A stretch of 64,000 bases of DNA from Gemmatimonadaceae bacterium (GTDB taxonomy: Bacteria; Gemmatimonadota; Gemmatimonadetes; Gemmatimonadales; Gemmatimonadaceae): NCBI GenBank assembly GCA_045803545.1, contig JBJMOW010000004.1, forward strand, positions 256,001 to 320,000, written 5' to 3'. The position numbers and the translations under genes are program-made. Positions 1-8,376 of the stretch are shown piece after piece (the first letter of the stretch is position 1; each line of letters begins with the position of its first letter). A model generated the notes under the pieces. The model had not been told where the DNA came from. It ran no database searches and worked only from the letters and a program-made list of their open reading frames with translations.

Positions 1-909
1 CAGCGTCACCTGCTCGTCGAGCGGAATATTGAGCAGCTGCTTCAGTCTGAGGTACGCGACTTCGCGATCGCTTTGCCTCTGAATCACGATCGGCCGCTGA
101 TTCGCACTCGACACCTGCGCCCGCAGCAACTCGAATTCCGAGACATTGCCGACGTTTCGCGCGAGCTGAGTCTGCCTCAGAACATTTTCGGTTTGCACCG
201 ACGACGATTCCGCGAGCGCGACCAGTCGATCGGCAAGTGCCGCATCGAAGTACGCTTGCGTCACGTCGAGCTGCAGCTGCGCGCGCTGCGCGGTGAGCTC
301 GATGTCAGCAGTCCGACGCCCCGCATTCGCTACGCGATTCTGCGCCACGATCCGTCCGCCCGCAAAAAGATTCTGTGAGAACGTCACGCCGAGGTTGTAC
401 TGATTCTTCGCACCGAATCCGAGATTGCCGAATGACGAGAACGGATTCTGGCCTAGCGCGCAGCGTGAAGCGTCCTCGAGTCCGGCCAGGCGCTCGTCGG
501 TCGTTGCAGTCGGGTCACGAAGGTACTGATCGCACGGCGCCGCGGGAGCTGGTGGCTTCGTGGTATCGACGGCAGGAGCTTCACCGCCGATATCCTGGAA
601 CTGGGACGCCAGCGTTCGCGTGTAGCTCGCCGAGCCGTTCAGCTGCGGAAAGTACTGGCTACGCGCCTGCCACTGCTGACCGTGCGCGCGGTCAACACCC
701 GCGCGCGCGATTTTCACCGCTTCACTCTGTAATTCTGCGATGCGAACTGCTTCGTCGAGAGTGAGCGTCCTCTTACCGACCGTGCGAACGGTGTCGAGCT
801 GCGGAACCTGGGCGCGCGCGAGCACCGGCGAGGCGATCGCCAATATGAGGAACGTTCGAATTATTCTGCCGATCCGTCCGGGACGGCTTCGGCCAACTGA
901 AGAGATCAC
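1..909 (-). CDS. TolC-family outer membrane efflux protein (partial, runs off window start)
   Basis: Manual translation from GTG at 909, which overlaps the TetR stop (GTGA): signal peptide then ...TLTLDEAVRIAELQSEAVKIARAGVDRAHGQQWQARSQYFPQLNGSASY..., typical of the OEP/TolC N-terminus. Not listed in the ORF track. Confidence 0.85.
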   Translation of the reverse strand, partial: MISSVGRSRPGRIGRIIRTFLILAIASPVLARAQVPQLDTVRTVGKRTLTLDEAVRIAELQSEAVKIARAGVDRAHGQQWQARSQYFPQLNGSASYTRTLASQFQDIGGEAPAVDTTKPPAPAAPCDQYLRDPTATTDERLAGLEDASRCALGQNPFSSFGNLGFGAKNQYNLGVTFSQNLFAGGRIVAQNRVANAGRRTADIELTAQRAQLQLDVTQAYFDAALADRLVALAESSSVQTENVLRQTQLARNVGNVSEFELLRAQVSSANQRPIVIQRQSDREVAYLRLKQLLNIPLDEQVTL

Positions 910-1538
910 GATTTCAGGGAGATAGGTGTTTCGTTGTGCTTCCGATTATTCGTGGAACGAGTGGTTTCCTTTTCGACACCAAGCGCCTGCAACAAGAGCT
1001 CGCTGTAGGTATGTGCGGCGTCCGTGACTGACTGCGGATACACGTCGGGCATCATGTCGCGGCCCATCGCATCAGCGAACAAAGCTCCCATCAGCATTGC
1101 GGCAGCGGTTTTCGGCTCGAAGTCTGCGCGGATCTTCCCCTGCTTCCTGAGCGCACCCAGGTAATCGCATAGGTCGCCGGACGCCATTCTCGGCAGATAG
1201 CTCGCACACTCGGACATTTCCGGCCGCTCTTCGATCTCGCTCATCGTCTTACGGATGATCGAGCCGCGAAGTCTCAAATGCTGCATCAGCGATTCGCTCC
1301 AGACCGTCAGCTCCCGCTGGGGATCGACGGGCGTTTGGGGCAGTGTCGCAATATCCGCCGACTGAGTGAGATGCTGCATTGCCTCCCGAATCAGGGCTTC
1401 CTTGGACCCGAACTGGCGGAAGATGGTGATCTCGTTTACGCCGGCGGCATCGGCAATGCGACGTGTAGTCGAGCCGCGGAATCCGTGTTGCGCGAAAACT
1501 CCGCAGGCGGCGTTTAGAATTCCGGTTCTTGTATTCAC
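906..1538 (-). CDS. TetR/AcrR family transcriptional regulator
   Basis: HTH motif ILNAACGVFAQHGFRGSTTRRIADAAGVNEITIFRQFGSKEALI. Start placed at GTG 1538, 7 nt after a TAGACT -10 box. Confidence 0.92.
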   Translation of the reverse strand: MNTRTGILNAACGVFAQHGFRGSTTRRIADAAGVNEITIFRQFGSKEALIREAMQHLTQSADIATLPQTPVDPQRELTVWSESLMQHLRLRGSIIRKTMSEIEERPEMSECASYLPRMASGDLCDYLGALRKQGKIRADFEPKTAAAMLMGALFADAMGRDMMPDVYPQSVTDAAHTYSELLLQALGVEKETTRSTNNRKHNETPISLKS

Positions 1539-1545
1539 GGCGCGC

Positions 1546-1586
1546 AGTCTATATCCGTCGGCGCCGTCATGCAAGTAGTCACTTGC
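1546..1586 (-). promoter_or_regulatory. sigma70-type promoter TTGCAT-N17-TAGACT overlapped by palindrome GCAAGT-N4-ACTTGC (probable TetR operator)
   Basis: -35/-10 boxes spaced by exactly 17 nt on the minus strand. Perfect 6-4-6 inverted repeat at 1571-1586 overlaps the -35. Confidence 0.7.
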
Positions 1587-1616
1587 TTACACAATCGCTT
1601 CACCCGATCGGTATCG

Positions 1617-1901
1617 ATGACTGACAAACCAGAACTGGACGAAGCCTTTGACGCCGCCGTGGCTGCAACTATGAACTGTAGAGCTGCCGGAATGGTGTGC
1701 GTCGACGGCAGCTCAGCCATCGCAAATCTCGATCGCCTTGAGGGAGAGCTCGTCGATGAGAAAACCCGAGCTCTAGAGCGCGGATCCGTGGACAAGGAAT
1801 GGTTTCAGAAAACGGTGCGCTGGCTGGTCGAATGGGTGCCAGAAACGGAGCTCGCGTTGATTGCCGCGCTCGGACGGATCGCGCGAGCCAAGCGTCGATA
1901 A
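1617..1901 (+). CDS. hypothetical protein
   Basis: ORF MTDKPELDEAFDAAV...LGRIARAKRR fills the intergenic gap and has protein-like composition. Confidence 0.6.
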   Translation: MTDKPELDEAFDAAVAATMNCRAAGMVCVDGSSAIANLDRLEGELVDEKTRALERGSVDKEWFQKTVRWLVEWVPETELALIAALGRIARAKRR

Positions 1902-1935
1902 CCGCCTTAACTTCCCGACTGCCAATCAACTGTTG

Positions 1936-3294
1936 ATGCCTTTCTCCTTACGAAGCTCACTTTGCTCACTCCTGCTTTTGTGGCCCGCACCAGTCTGGGG
2001 GCACGCCCGGCTGTTGAGAAGCGAACCGAGCTCCGGTTCTAGCGCCGAGTCTCCGCGTTTCATTCGGCTGTGGTTCTCCGAGCGACCGGAAGTACGTCTC
2101 ACCGCGGTGACCTTGAGAAACGAGGGCGGAGCGATGCTCTCGGTACTCGATCCGCGGAGCGAAGCCGGAAACCCGCTGCAAGTTTCTTTCGCGATCGCGA
2201 GTGCATTGCCGCCAGGCCAGTACACTGCGGAATGGCGTACTGTCTCATCTGACGGTCATCCATCACATGGTCGTTTTGCATTCACGGTGTTGGCTGCGCC
2301 GTCGCCGACGACGGTTCAGGCGCCAGCTAGTGCTTCATCGTTCAGTCCTGCCACTGCAACCGCTGCGAAAGACAGCGCCCAATCAGTAGACTCGGCTTCA
2401 CCCGGCAACTCTCTCAGTCGAGGCGTTTCGTTCGCGGGCATCCTCCTGATCGTTGGAGTAATCGTCTTCAACCTTCTCGTTGTTGCGCGCTCTGCCCGCA
2501 TTCCGGGAGAACTGGTGTGGCGCATGGAATCGCGGGCCGCGGTCGTCGGCGTCAGCGCCAGTATGCTCACAATAATGGCCGGCTTTAGCAGGATGTTCTT
2601 TGAGGCGAGGATGATCAGAGCCATGCCGGGAATGGATGCGACGACGATGCAATCCGTTCTCATGGGTACGGCGTGGGGAGCTGCGATGCGGATTCAGATC
2701 ATCGCCGCTTTCCTGGCAATGATCGCGTTCGCGATCGCAATCAAGCGAATCCGCGGTGCGTGGCTCATCGCCAGCCTGGCCGGCGCAATCCTGGCTGCAA
2801 CGCCTGCTCTCAGCGGACACGCGGCTGCGGCGACCCATCTTTCGAGCGTATTGATCGCAACAGACTTCATTCATGTGGTCGGTGCGTCGAGCTGGCTCGG
2901 TAACCTCGCTTGCGTGATGTTCATCGGCGTTCCGATTCTATTTCGCGCCGGCGGGGAAGACCGTTGGCAGTCGATCGCTGCACTGGTGAATACTTTCTCG
3001 GCGGTGGCTCTCGCGTCAGCAGTAATCGTAGTACTTAGCGGCGTCATCGCTACGTGGATTCATCTCGAGCACTTTTCTTCGCTCTGGCTGACAACCTACG
3101 GCAAAGTTCTTCTTCTGAAGCTCGCGCTGGTGATGGTTACGATCCTTACCGGGGCGTACAACTTCCGTCGTGTGCAACCAGCGCTCGTGCATGAAGAAGG
3201 AACCACCAGGCTTCGGCGATCGACAGCGCTCGAGTTGAGCACGGCAGCCCTGATTGTCCTCGTCACTGGCTTTCTGACTGGTATCGCGCCCTGA
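1936..3294 (+). CDS. copCD: CopC-CopD fusion copper resistance/uptake protein
   Basis: Signal peptide, then mature N-terminal His (HARLLRSEP) and SSDGH CopC copper motif. Ser/Ala linker, then multi-TM CopD domain (SGHAAA, HVVGASSWLG, TTYGKVLLLKL). Confidence 0.9.
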   Translation: MPFSLRSSLCSLLLLWPAPVWGHARLLRSEPSSGSSAESPRFIRLWFSERPEVRLTAVTLRNEGGAMLSVLDPRSEAGNPLQVSFAIASALPPGQYTAEWRTVSSDGHPSHGRFAFTVLAAPSPTTVQAPASASSFSPATATAAKDSAQSVDSASPGNSLSRGVSFAGILLIVGVIVFNLLVVARSARIPGELVWRMESRAAVVGVSASMLTIMAGFSRMFFEARMIRAMPGMDATTMQSVLMGTAWGAAMRIQIIAAFLAMIAFAIAIKRIRGAWLIASLAGAILAATPALSGHAAAATHLSSVLIATDFIHVVGASSWLGNLACVMFIGVPILFRAGGEDRWQSIAALVNTFSAVALASAVIVVLSGVIATWIHLEHFSSLWLTTYGKVLLLKLALVMVTILTGAYNFRRVQPALVHEEGTTRLRRSTALELSTAALIVLVTGFLTGIAP

Positions 3295-3392
3295 CGCGCT
3301 GACTTTCCGCCGCGTTGCTTCTCCCTTGCGACGGTCCGCGACAAGCTCTGGATCTCACTCGTCCTGGCAATCCCCACCCAGCCACTCGATAA

Positions 3393-3408
3393 AACAAGTT
3401 ATCTTGAT
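3393..3408. promoter_or_regulatory. putative ArsR operator AACAA-N6-TTGAT upstream of arsR
   Basis: Imperfect ATCAA-N6-TTGAT-type palindrome next to a TATATT -10 box (3408-3413). Confidence 0.6.
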
Positions 3409-3421
3409 ATATTAGCAGCCA

Positions 3422-3739
3422 ATGGCTGTTACCACTCACAGAACCGAACGTGCGGTCGAGCTCTTTCACGCACTTTCCGATGAGACCCGACTGCAGATCA
3501 TCGAGCTGCTGCGGAAAGGCGAGCGCTGCGTGTGCGAGCTCACTGACTCGCTCGATGCCGCACAGTCGCGTTTGTCGTTCCATCTTCGTGTTCTCCGCGA
3601 TGCGGGAATAGTCCGCGATCGGAAGGAGGGACGCTGGGTTTACTACGAGCTCGATCCCGAAGTCTTCGAGGAGACCGAGAGTCTGGTGACCGAGCTGAAG
3701 CCTCGTGCCCTTTCAGTAAGGCAGAACTGCTGCGCCTGA
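3422..3739 (+). CDS. arsR: ArsR/SmtB family As(III)-responsive repressor
   Basis: FHALSDETRLQII, GERCVCEL, AQSRLSFHLRVLRDAG, RKEGRWVYY and a C-terminal CC. Lies directly upstream of arsM. Confidence 0.93.
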   Translation: MAVTTHRTERAVELFHALSDETRLQIIELLRKGERCVCELTDSLDAAQSRLSFHLRVLRDAGIVRDRKEGRWVYYELDPEVFEETESLVTELKPRALSVRQNCCA

Positions 3740-3756
3740 TTTTTTTTGGACAATAC

Positions 3757-3772
3757 ATCAACAATTCTTGTT
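3757..3772. promoter_or_regulatory. second putative ArsR operator ATCAA-N6-TTGTT upstream of arsM
   Basis: Same half-sites as the reverse complement of the 3393-3408 site. Sits just before the GGAG RBS of arsM. Confidence 0.6.
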
Positions 3773-3781
3773 GGAGTCTCG

Positions 3782-4642
3782 ATGATTGACAGCGACCTGA
3801 AGCAAACCATACGAGAGAAGTACGGCGATGCGGCAGCGCGCGTGAAAACCGGCACGACCGATGGCAGCTGTTGTGGTACGAGCGCATGCTGCGGCTCTAC
3901 AACCGCAACCTGGGATCCGATCACCGCGAATCTTTATGACGAGAGCCAGAAGGCGGGCCTGCCGGCTGAGGCCGTGCTTGCATCCCTGGGATGCGGAAAC
4001 CCAACCGCGCTCGCGGAGCTCAAGCCAGGTCAGGTCGTTCTCGACCTCGGCTCCGGAGGCGGCATCGACGTTTTGCTGTCTGCGAAGCGCGTCGGCCCAA
4101 CCGGCAAGGTGTACGGCCTCGACATGACCGACGAGATGTTGGCGCTCGCGAACGAGAACAAGCGTCGCGCCGGCATTGCGAACGTTGAGTTCCTGAAGGG
4201 AGATATCGAGCAGATTCCGCTCCCGGACGAGTCTGTCGACGTTATCATCTCCAACTGCGTGATCAACCTTTCCGCCGACAAGCGCAAAGTGCTCACCGAA
4301 GCGTTCAGAGTTCTAAAACCCGGTGGACGGTTTGCAGTTTCCGACGTCGTCGTCCGCGGGTTCGTGCCTCAGGAAGTCAGAAGTAGCATGGAGTTGTGGA
4401 TTGGCTGCGTCGCGGGTGCGCTGGAAGAGCAGGAATTCATCCACCTGCTTCGCGAGACAGGCTTTGCAAAGCCATCCATCGAGCCAACACGTATCTACAA
4501 GGCGGAGGATGCCGCGGCATTGCTTTCGGGTACTAACCTGAGTGCGCTCGAAATCGCTTCGCAAATCGATGGCAAGTTCATGGGCGCGTTCGTTCGTGCT
4601 TCGAAGCCCATCGCTCAATGCTGCGGTCCGAACTGCTGCTAA
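3782..4642 (+). CDS. arsM: arsenite S-adenosylmethionine methyltransferase
   Basis: SLGCGNP, VLDLGSGGGIDV, IISNCVINLS, WIGCVAGAL and Cys-rich N- and C-termini. Confidence 0.95.
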   Translation: MIDSDLKQTIREKYGDAAARVKTGTTDGSCCGTSACCGSTTATWDPITANLYDESQKAGLPAEAVLASLGCGNPTALAELKPGQVVLDLGSGGGIDVLLSAKRVGPTGKVYGLDMTDEMLALANENKRRAGIANVEFLKGDIEQIPLPDESVDVIISNCVINLSADKRKVLTEAFRVLKPGGRFAVSDVVVRGFVPQEVRSSMELWIGCVAGALEEQEFIHLLRETGFAKPSIEPTRIYKAEDAAALLSGTNLSALEIASQIDGKFMGAFVRASKPIAQCCGPNCC

Positions 4643-4679
4643 GTCGTATCGACACGTTGCACTATTGAAGTGAGGCACT

Positions 4680-5129
4680 ATGAGAATTCGTAAGGCACGC
4701 AACTCGGATCTGACAGCCGTCGAACAACTCCTCGCAGCGAGCAAACTGCCGCTCGATGGAGTTCGCGATCACTTCGCGGATTTCATCGTGGCCGAGGAGC
4801 ATGACGGCATTGAAGGGGTGGTTGGTCTCGAGAAGTACGACTCAGTCGCGTTGCTTCGTTCAGCCGTCGTAGCGCCGGAATACCGAGGCAGCGGAGTCGG
4901 CAGGCAGCTTATCGAGGAAGTACTCAAGCGCGCGCAGGCAGATGGTATCGACGAGTTATACCTGCTGACGACGACCGCCGAGAAATATTTCCCGCGATTT
5001 GGTTTCACCGCGACTACTCGGGCAGCGGTACCAGAAAGCTTGAAATCATCCGCGGAATTTCAGGGCGCCTGTCCGGACACTGCGGTCGTCATGAAACGTC
5101 GGCTCGCCGGAACCTCACGTGAGACTTGA
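4680..5129 (+). CDS. arsN2: arsenic-resistance-associated GNAT N-acetyltransferase (ArsN2-like)
   Basis: LLRSAVV..YRGSGVG, LYLLTTTAEKYFPRFGF, SAEFQGACPDTAVVM. Located in the ars operon. Confidence 0.85.
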   Translation: MRIRKARNSDLTAVEQLLAASKLPLDGVRDHFADFIVAEEHDGIEGVVGLEKYDSVALLRSAVVAPEYRGSGVGRQLIEEVLKRAQADGIDELYLLTTTAEKYFPRFGFTATTRAAVPESLKSSAEFQGACPDTAVVMKRRLAGTSRET

Positions 5130-5191
5130 TGAAGTACGCACTTGTCTCTGACGTTCACGCGAACCTGCCTGCGCTCGCCTCAGCCCGCGAT
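5129..5191 (+). pseudogene. N-terminal stub of a calcineurin-like metallophosphoesterase
   Basis: TGATG coupling to the arsN2 stop. MKYALVSDVHANLPAL matches motif I (DxHxN). The frame then reads into the antisense strand of the convergent dipeptidase and no further motifs appear. Confidence 0.7.
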
Positions 5192-6427
5192 CTAGCCACC
5201 AGCGTCGCTCTTTTGCAGCCTGCGCGCGACTGCCTCTGCCTGCGCAAAGACACGGAGCAGATTCTCGCCGGCGAGTTTCCGAAGATCCGCGTCAGACCAC
5301 CCGCGCCGAAGAAGCTCGGCGAAGAGGTTGGGATACTTCGACACATCCTCGAGGCCCTGCACGACCTCGGTGATCCCGTCGAAGTCGCCGCCGATGCCAA
5401 CGTGATCCACCCCGGCAACTTTACGCACGTAGTCGATCTGATCGGCCACCTGTGACAGGGTCGCGCGCGGCTCGGGGTGCGTCGCCTTCCATTGATTGAT
5501 CTCGCGGGTGATTGCCGCCGTGTCCTTGCCGTACTTCTGCTGCAGGTCGGTGATTATCGGACGCGTCGACTGATCGTAGAGATAAACCGCCGGTGAAACG
5601 AATCCGGTCACGAACGGCACCATGACGATGCCGCCGTTCACCGTCACCCGACGCAGAATCGAGTCAGGTACGTTGCGCGCCACATCCACCAGTGCTCTGG
5701 CACCCGAGTGCGAAAAAATCACCGGTGCCTGCGTGACATTGAGTGCGTCACTCATGGTTCCCGGCGAAACGTGCGACAGATCGACCAGCATGCCGAGTCG
5801 GTTCATCTCGCGCACGACGCTATCGCCGAATGGAGTGAGTCCGCCGTGCTTCGCTGAATCGAGAGCGGCGTCGGCCCAATCGAGGGTCACATTGTGCGTC
5901 AGCGTCATGTAGCGCACGCCGAGGTCATAATAAGCGCGCAGTGCTCCAAGCGAGTTCTCGATGGCGTGGCCGCCCTCGAGTCCGAGCAGTGAACCGATCT
6001 TCCCCTGCTTGAATTCGCGCTTGATGTCGTCGCTGGTAAGTGCGAGAGCGAGCTTATCGGGATACCTGGCGATCATGCGACGGGCGATATCGATCTGCTC
6101 CAGCTGAACGCGCGCGTAACCGGAATCACGGTATTCACCCGGCGTGTACACGGACCAGAACTGCGCGCCGATCATTCCTTGTCTCAGCCGCTCGAGATCG
6201 GTATGGCCTGGTGTGCGGCGTCGAATGTCGTACCTGCTGACGTCACCGCGCGCGATGCTGTCTTCGCGAATCCGCCATGGCAGGTCGTTGTGGCCGTCAA
6301 TCAACGGCGTCTGGCGGAGAATTCGCTTCGCCCGCTCGAGGTAGATGTCATTCGACGCGCTCTGCGCGTGTGCCGCGATTGAGATCGTCGAGACGATTGC
6401 GGTTAAGGCCAGAATTGCGAGTTTCAC
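5192..6427 (-). CDS. membrane dipeptidase (peptidase M19), secreted
   Basis: PLIDGHNDLP, GAQFWSVY, LEGGH, YMTLTH, DLSHVS, FSHS, GIGGDFDG. Confidence 0.93.
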   Translation of the reverse strand: MKLAILALTAIVSTISIAAHAQSASNDIYLERAKRILRQTPLIDGHNDLPWRIREDSIARGDVSRYDIRRRTPGHTDLERLRQGMIGAQFWSVYTPGEYRDSGYARVQLEQIDIARRMIARYPDKLALALTSDDIKREFKQGKIGSLLGLEGGHAIENSLGALRAYYDLGVRYMTLTHNVTLDWADAALDSAKHGGLTPFGDSVVREMNRLGMLVDLSHVSPGTMSDALNVTQAPVIFSHSGARALVDVARNVPDSILRRVTVNGGIVMVPFVTGFVSPAVYLYDQSTRPIITDLQQKYGKDTAAITREINQWKATHPEPRATLSQVADQIDYVRKVAGVDHVGIGGDFDGITEVVQGLEDVSKYPNLFAELLRRGWSDADLRKLAGENLLRVFAQAEAVARRLQKSDAGG

Positions 6428-6669
6428 TGGGCAGTTGTTTGTGGCGGGGGTGAATCGAGGAGGTCGACGGCGTCGGCGCTGTCTGTTTCGCGGACCACCA
6501 GCCGGATCGGATGCAGCTGTTGGAGCCAGGGCATCATGCCGCCGGCATCGTCCCGAATGAGTCCCGAGTCGATCCCGTTGGCGTCCAGCACGGCTTGCGC
6601 GATCTGCGCCTGGATCTCGCTGGTAAACGTCCTGATCACCGTGTTGAGCTCTCCGGGTTCGTTAGCCAT
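6424..6669 (-). CDS. DUF2007-like small protein
   Basis: IRTFTSEIQAQIAQAVLDANGI...IRLVVRETDSADAVDLL. GTGA-coupled to the dipeptidase. Confidence 0.7.
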   Translation of the reverse strand: MANEPGELNTVIRTFTSEIQAQIAQAVLDANGIDSGLIRDDAGGMMPWLQQLHPIRLVVRETDSADAVDLLDSPPPQTTAQ

Positions 6670-6804
6670 CTTCAATCTCATAGATTGGAGTGCGCCCGAA
6701 ATCTGTCTCGGTGACGCGTCAATTGCATCTCCCAGTGCAGCTCCACAGTTGGCACGCCGTCTGCCCGCCAGAACAGTGATGATCACACTGCAGGTTAACG
6801 CGAT

Positions 6805-7545
6805 ATGAGACCGGTTATCAGACTGTCGGCGGTGGTTGGGATTGCACTTGGCATGCTTGTAGTGAGCTGCCGCAAGGAAGGCGACGCGAAATCCTCGGCG
6901 CAGGTAGTGAAGGTCGCTCAGGATACGATGTTGTTGCACGACCTCGCCGAGGCGAATAAGAACACCGCCGCCGCAGCATCCGTCGACAACAGCTTAGGAA
7001 CGGTCAGGACAAACCCTGATGGCTCCGGCGCTTTGGTGTCTAACGCGTCGCCGGGCACGACGACCAGTCGGGTAGTGCCACGCACCACCTCCGAAACTCA
7101 AACGACAACACAGACGCCCGCGAACACTCCTCGCATGTCCGCGCCGACTCAGGCGGGTGACGCGCACCCAACCACTGTCCCACTCTCCCGATCGCCGGCG
7201 AACAGCGCTGCGACGCGGTCATCAGGCGATCCTTGCGATTCACCGACGACCATCGATCAGCGGTACTGTCTAAATCGGTCGATCGTGAGCAACGATGCCG
7301 GTCTGAACAGTACCTATCAGGATCTGCTGGCTCAGGCGAGAAAATCAGGTGGCTCCGATCTCGAAGACAGATTCCGTCAGTCGCAGCGCGATTGGGTCAA
7401 CAAGCGCGACAGCGACTGCACCGCCCAGACTCCCAGCCAGGGGAACCGGTTATGGGCGCGCGACCGCGCACGCTGTTTTGCGGATTATTCCTCGAGAAGG
7501 ACAGCGGAATTGAGACAGAACCTCAGCAACCTGCGCGGGCAGTAG
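6805..7545 (+). CDS. lipoprotein with C-terminal LprI/DUF1311-like domain
   Basis: Lipobox-like VVSC, T/S/P-rich linker, then C..PTTIDQRYC...DAGLNSTYQ...SQRDWVNKRDSDC...RTAEL. Confidence 0.75.
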   Translation: MRPVIRLSAVVGIALGMLVVSCRKEGDAKSSAQVVKVAQDTMLLHDLAEANKNTAAAASVDNSLGTVRTNPDGSGALVSNASPGTTTSRVVPRTTSETQTTTQTPANTPRMSAPTQAGDAHPTTVPLSRSPANSAATRSSGDPCDSPTTIDQRYCLNRSIVSNDAGLNSTYQDLLAQARKSGGSDLEDRFRQSQRDWVNKRDSDCTAQTPSQGNRLWARDRARCFADYSSRRTAELRQNLSNLRGQ

Positions 7546-7783
7546 GACTGCGGACTGCGGACTGAGAACTAAAAAGCGCACTGCACCGCTGGTAGCTGAT
7601 AGCAGCTGGCTATTAGCTGTTCGCTGCAAGCGACGGGACAGATCGCGCTAGAGTCAGAGGAAGGGGGTTCAGTTCGACTTTACGCGCGTGAGATCTGTCT
7701 GGTTGCAGGCAGCCATCAGCTAACAGCGTGCTGCTATCAGCTACCAGCGAGGTAGTTAGCAGTTAAGTCCGCAGTTCGCAGTC
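7546..7783. repeat. ~240-bp nested inverted-repeat element between convergent genes
   Basis: Outer arms 7546-7563/7766-7783 match 17/18. Perfect 20-bp arms at 7587-7606/7730-7749. Inner arms CTGCAA/TTGCAG and GACAGATC/GATCTGTC. Confidence 0.85.
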
Positions 7784-8309
7784 ACCGTACGTTGGCAGTG
7801 ACCCTCGTCCCCGCGCTCGCCAGCGCTCGGCCCTGTAGCAGCCCGTCGATTTCTGCCGACGCAACCGGCCGCGGTCCGATCCAGCCGCCGCCGTACGAGC
7901 GAGTTGGTACCGTGATTCCGGCTACGCCACCGGTAGGACTGATTTCGACCACCGCTGTCGCATCGATCACGCCCTCGTTGCCGCTGTTGATCACGAGAAC
8001 CCAGCGACCGGTGGCTGGCTTCTGCCAAAACACGACGTACATCCCTGGGCGCGAAGCGGGACGGATGTCGAGCTTCATGCTTTGACGCTTGCCGTCGACA
8101 ATTCCTTCGGCGGTGCCGGTCAGCGTCTTCGACATGATTTCGCCGTGATGGTAGGTGCGAACCGTCAGGTAGCCGCCACGCGTTGCCTGGTCGAACGGAT
8201 TGGCCGGATACTCGATCGCAATCCACGGTGGGCCCGCAAGCGCAGTGCTGGACGCTGACAATGTGAGCGCGCTCACCAACGCAAAGGAGCGGAGTAGTTT
8301 GGTTCTCAT
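7782..8309 (-). CDS. secreted hypothetical protein
   Basis: GGAG RBS and signal peptide MRTKLLRSFALVSALTLSASSTALA, followed by a beta-rich domain. Confidence 0.8.
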   Translation of the reverse strand: MRTKLLRSFALVSALTLSASSTALAGPPWIAIEYPANPFDQATRGGYLTVRTYHHGEIMSKTLTGTAEGIVDGKRQSMKLDIRPASRPGMYVVFWQKPATGRWVLVINSGNEGVIDATAVVEISPTGGVAGITVPTRSYGGGWIGPRPVASAEIDGLLQGRALASAGTRVTANVR

Positions 8310-8342
8310 CACAATCTCCTGAAAAAGTTTATTGAGCGCTGG

Positions 8343-8369
8343 TACGATGCCGCTCACTTCGTCAGGGTT
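8343..8369 (-). promoter_or_regulatory. putative ECF promoter AACCC-N13-GGCATCGTA
   Basis: Identical motif and spacing upstream of the ECF sigma gene (10546-10572). Confidence 0.65.
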
Positions 8370-8376
8370 TAACGCA

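Noticed and set aside
1936..5191. Metal-resistance genomic island or mobile element
   Set aside because: No integrase, transposase, tRNA target or flanking direct repeats are visible.
7607..7730. Possible tRNA or known riboswitch inside the long hairpin (contains GTTCGA)
   Set aside because: No cloverleaf, acceptor stem or CCA could be built, and it sits 3' of both flanking genes.
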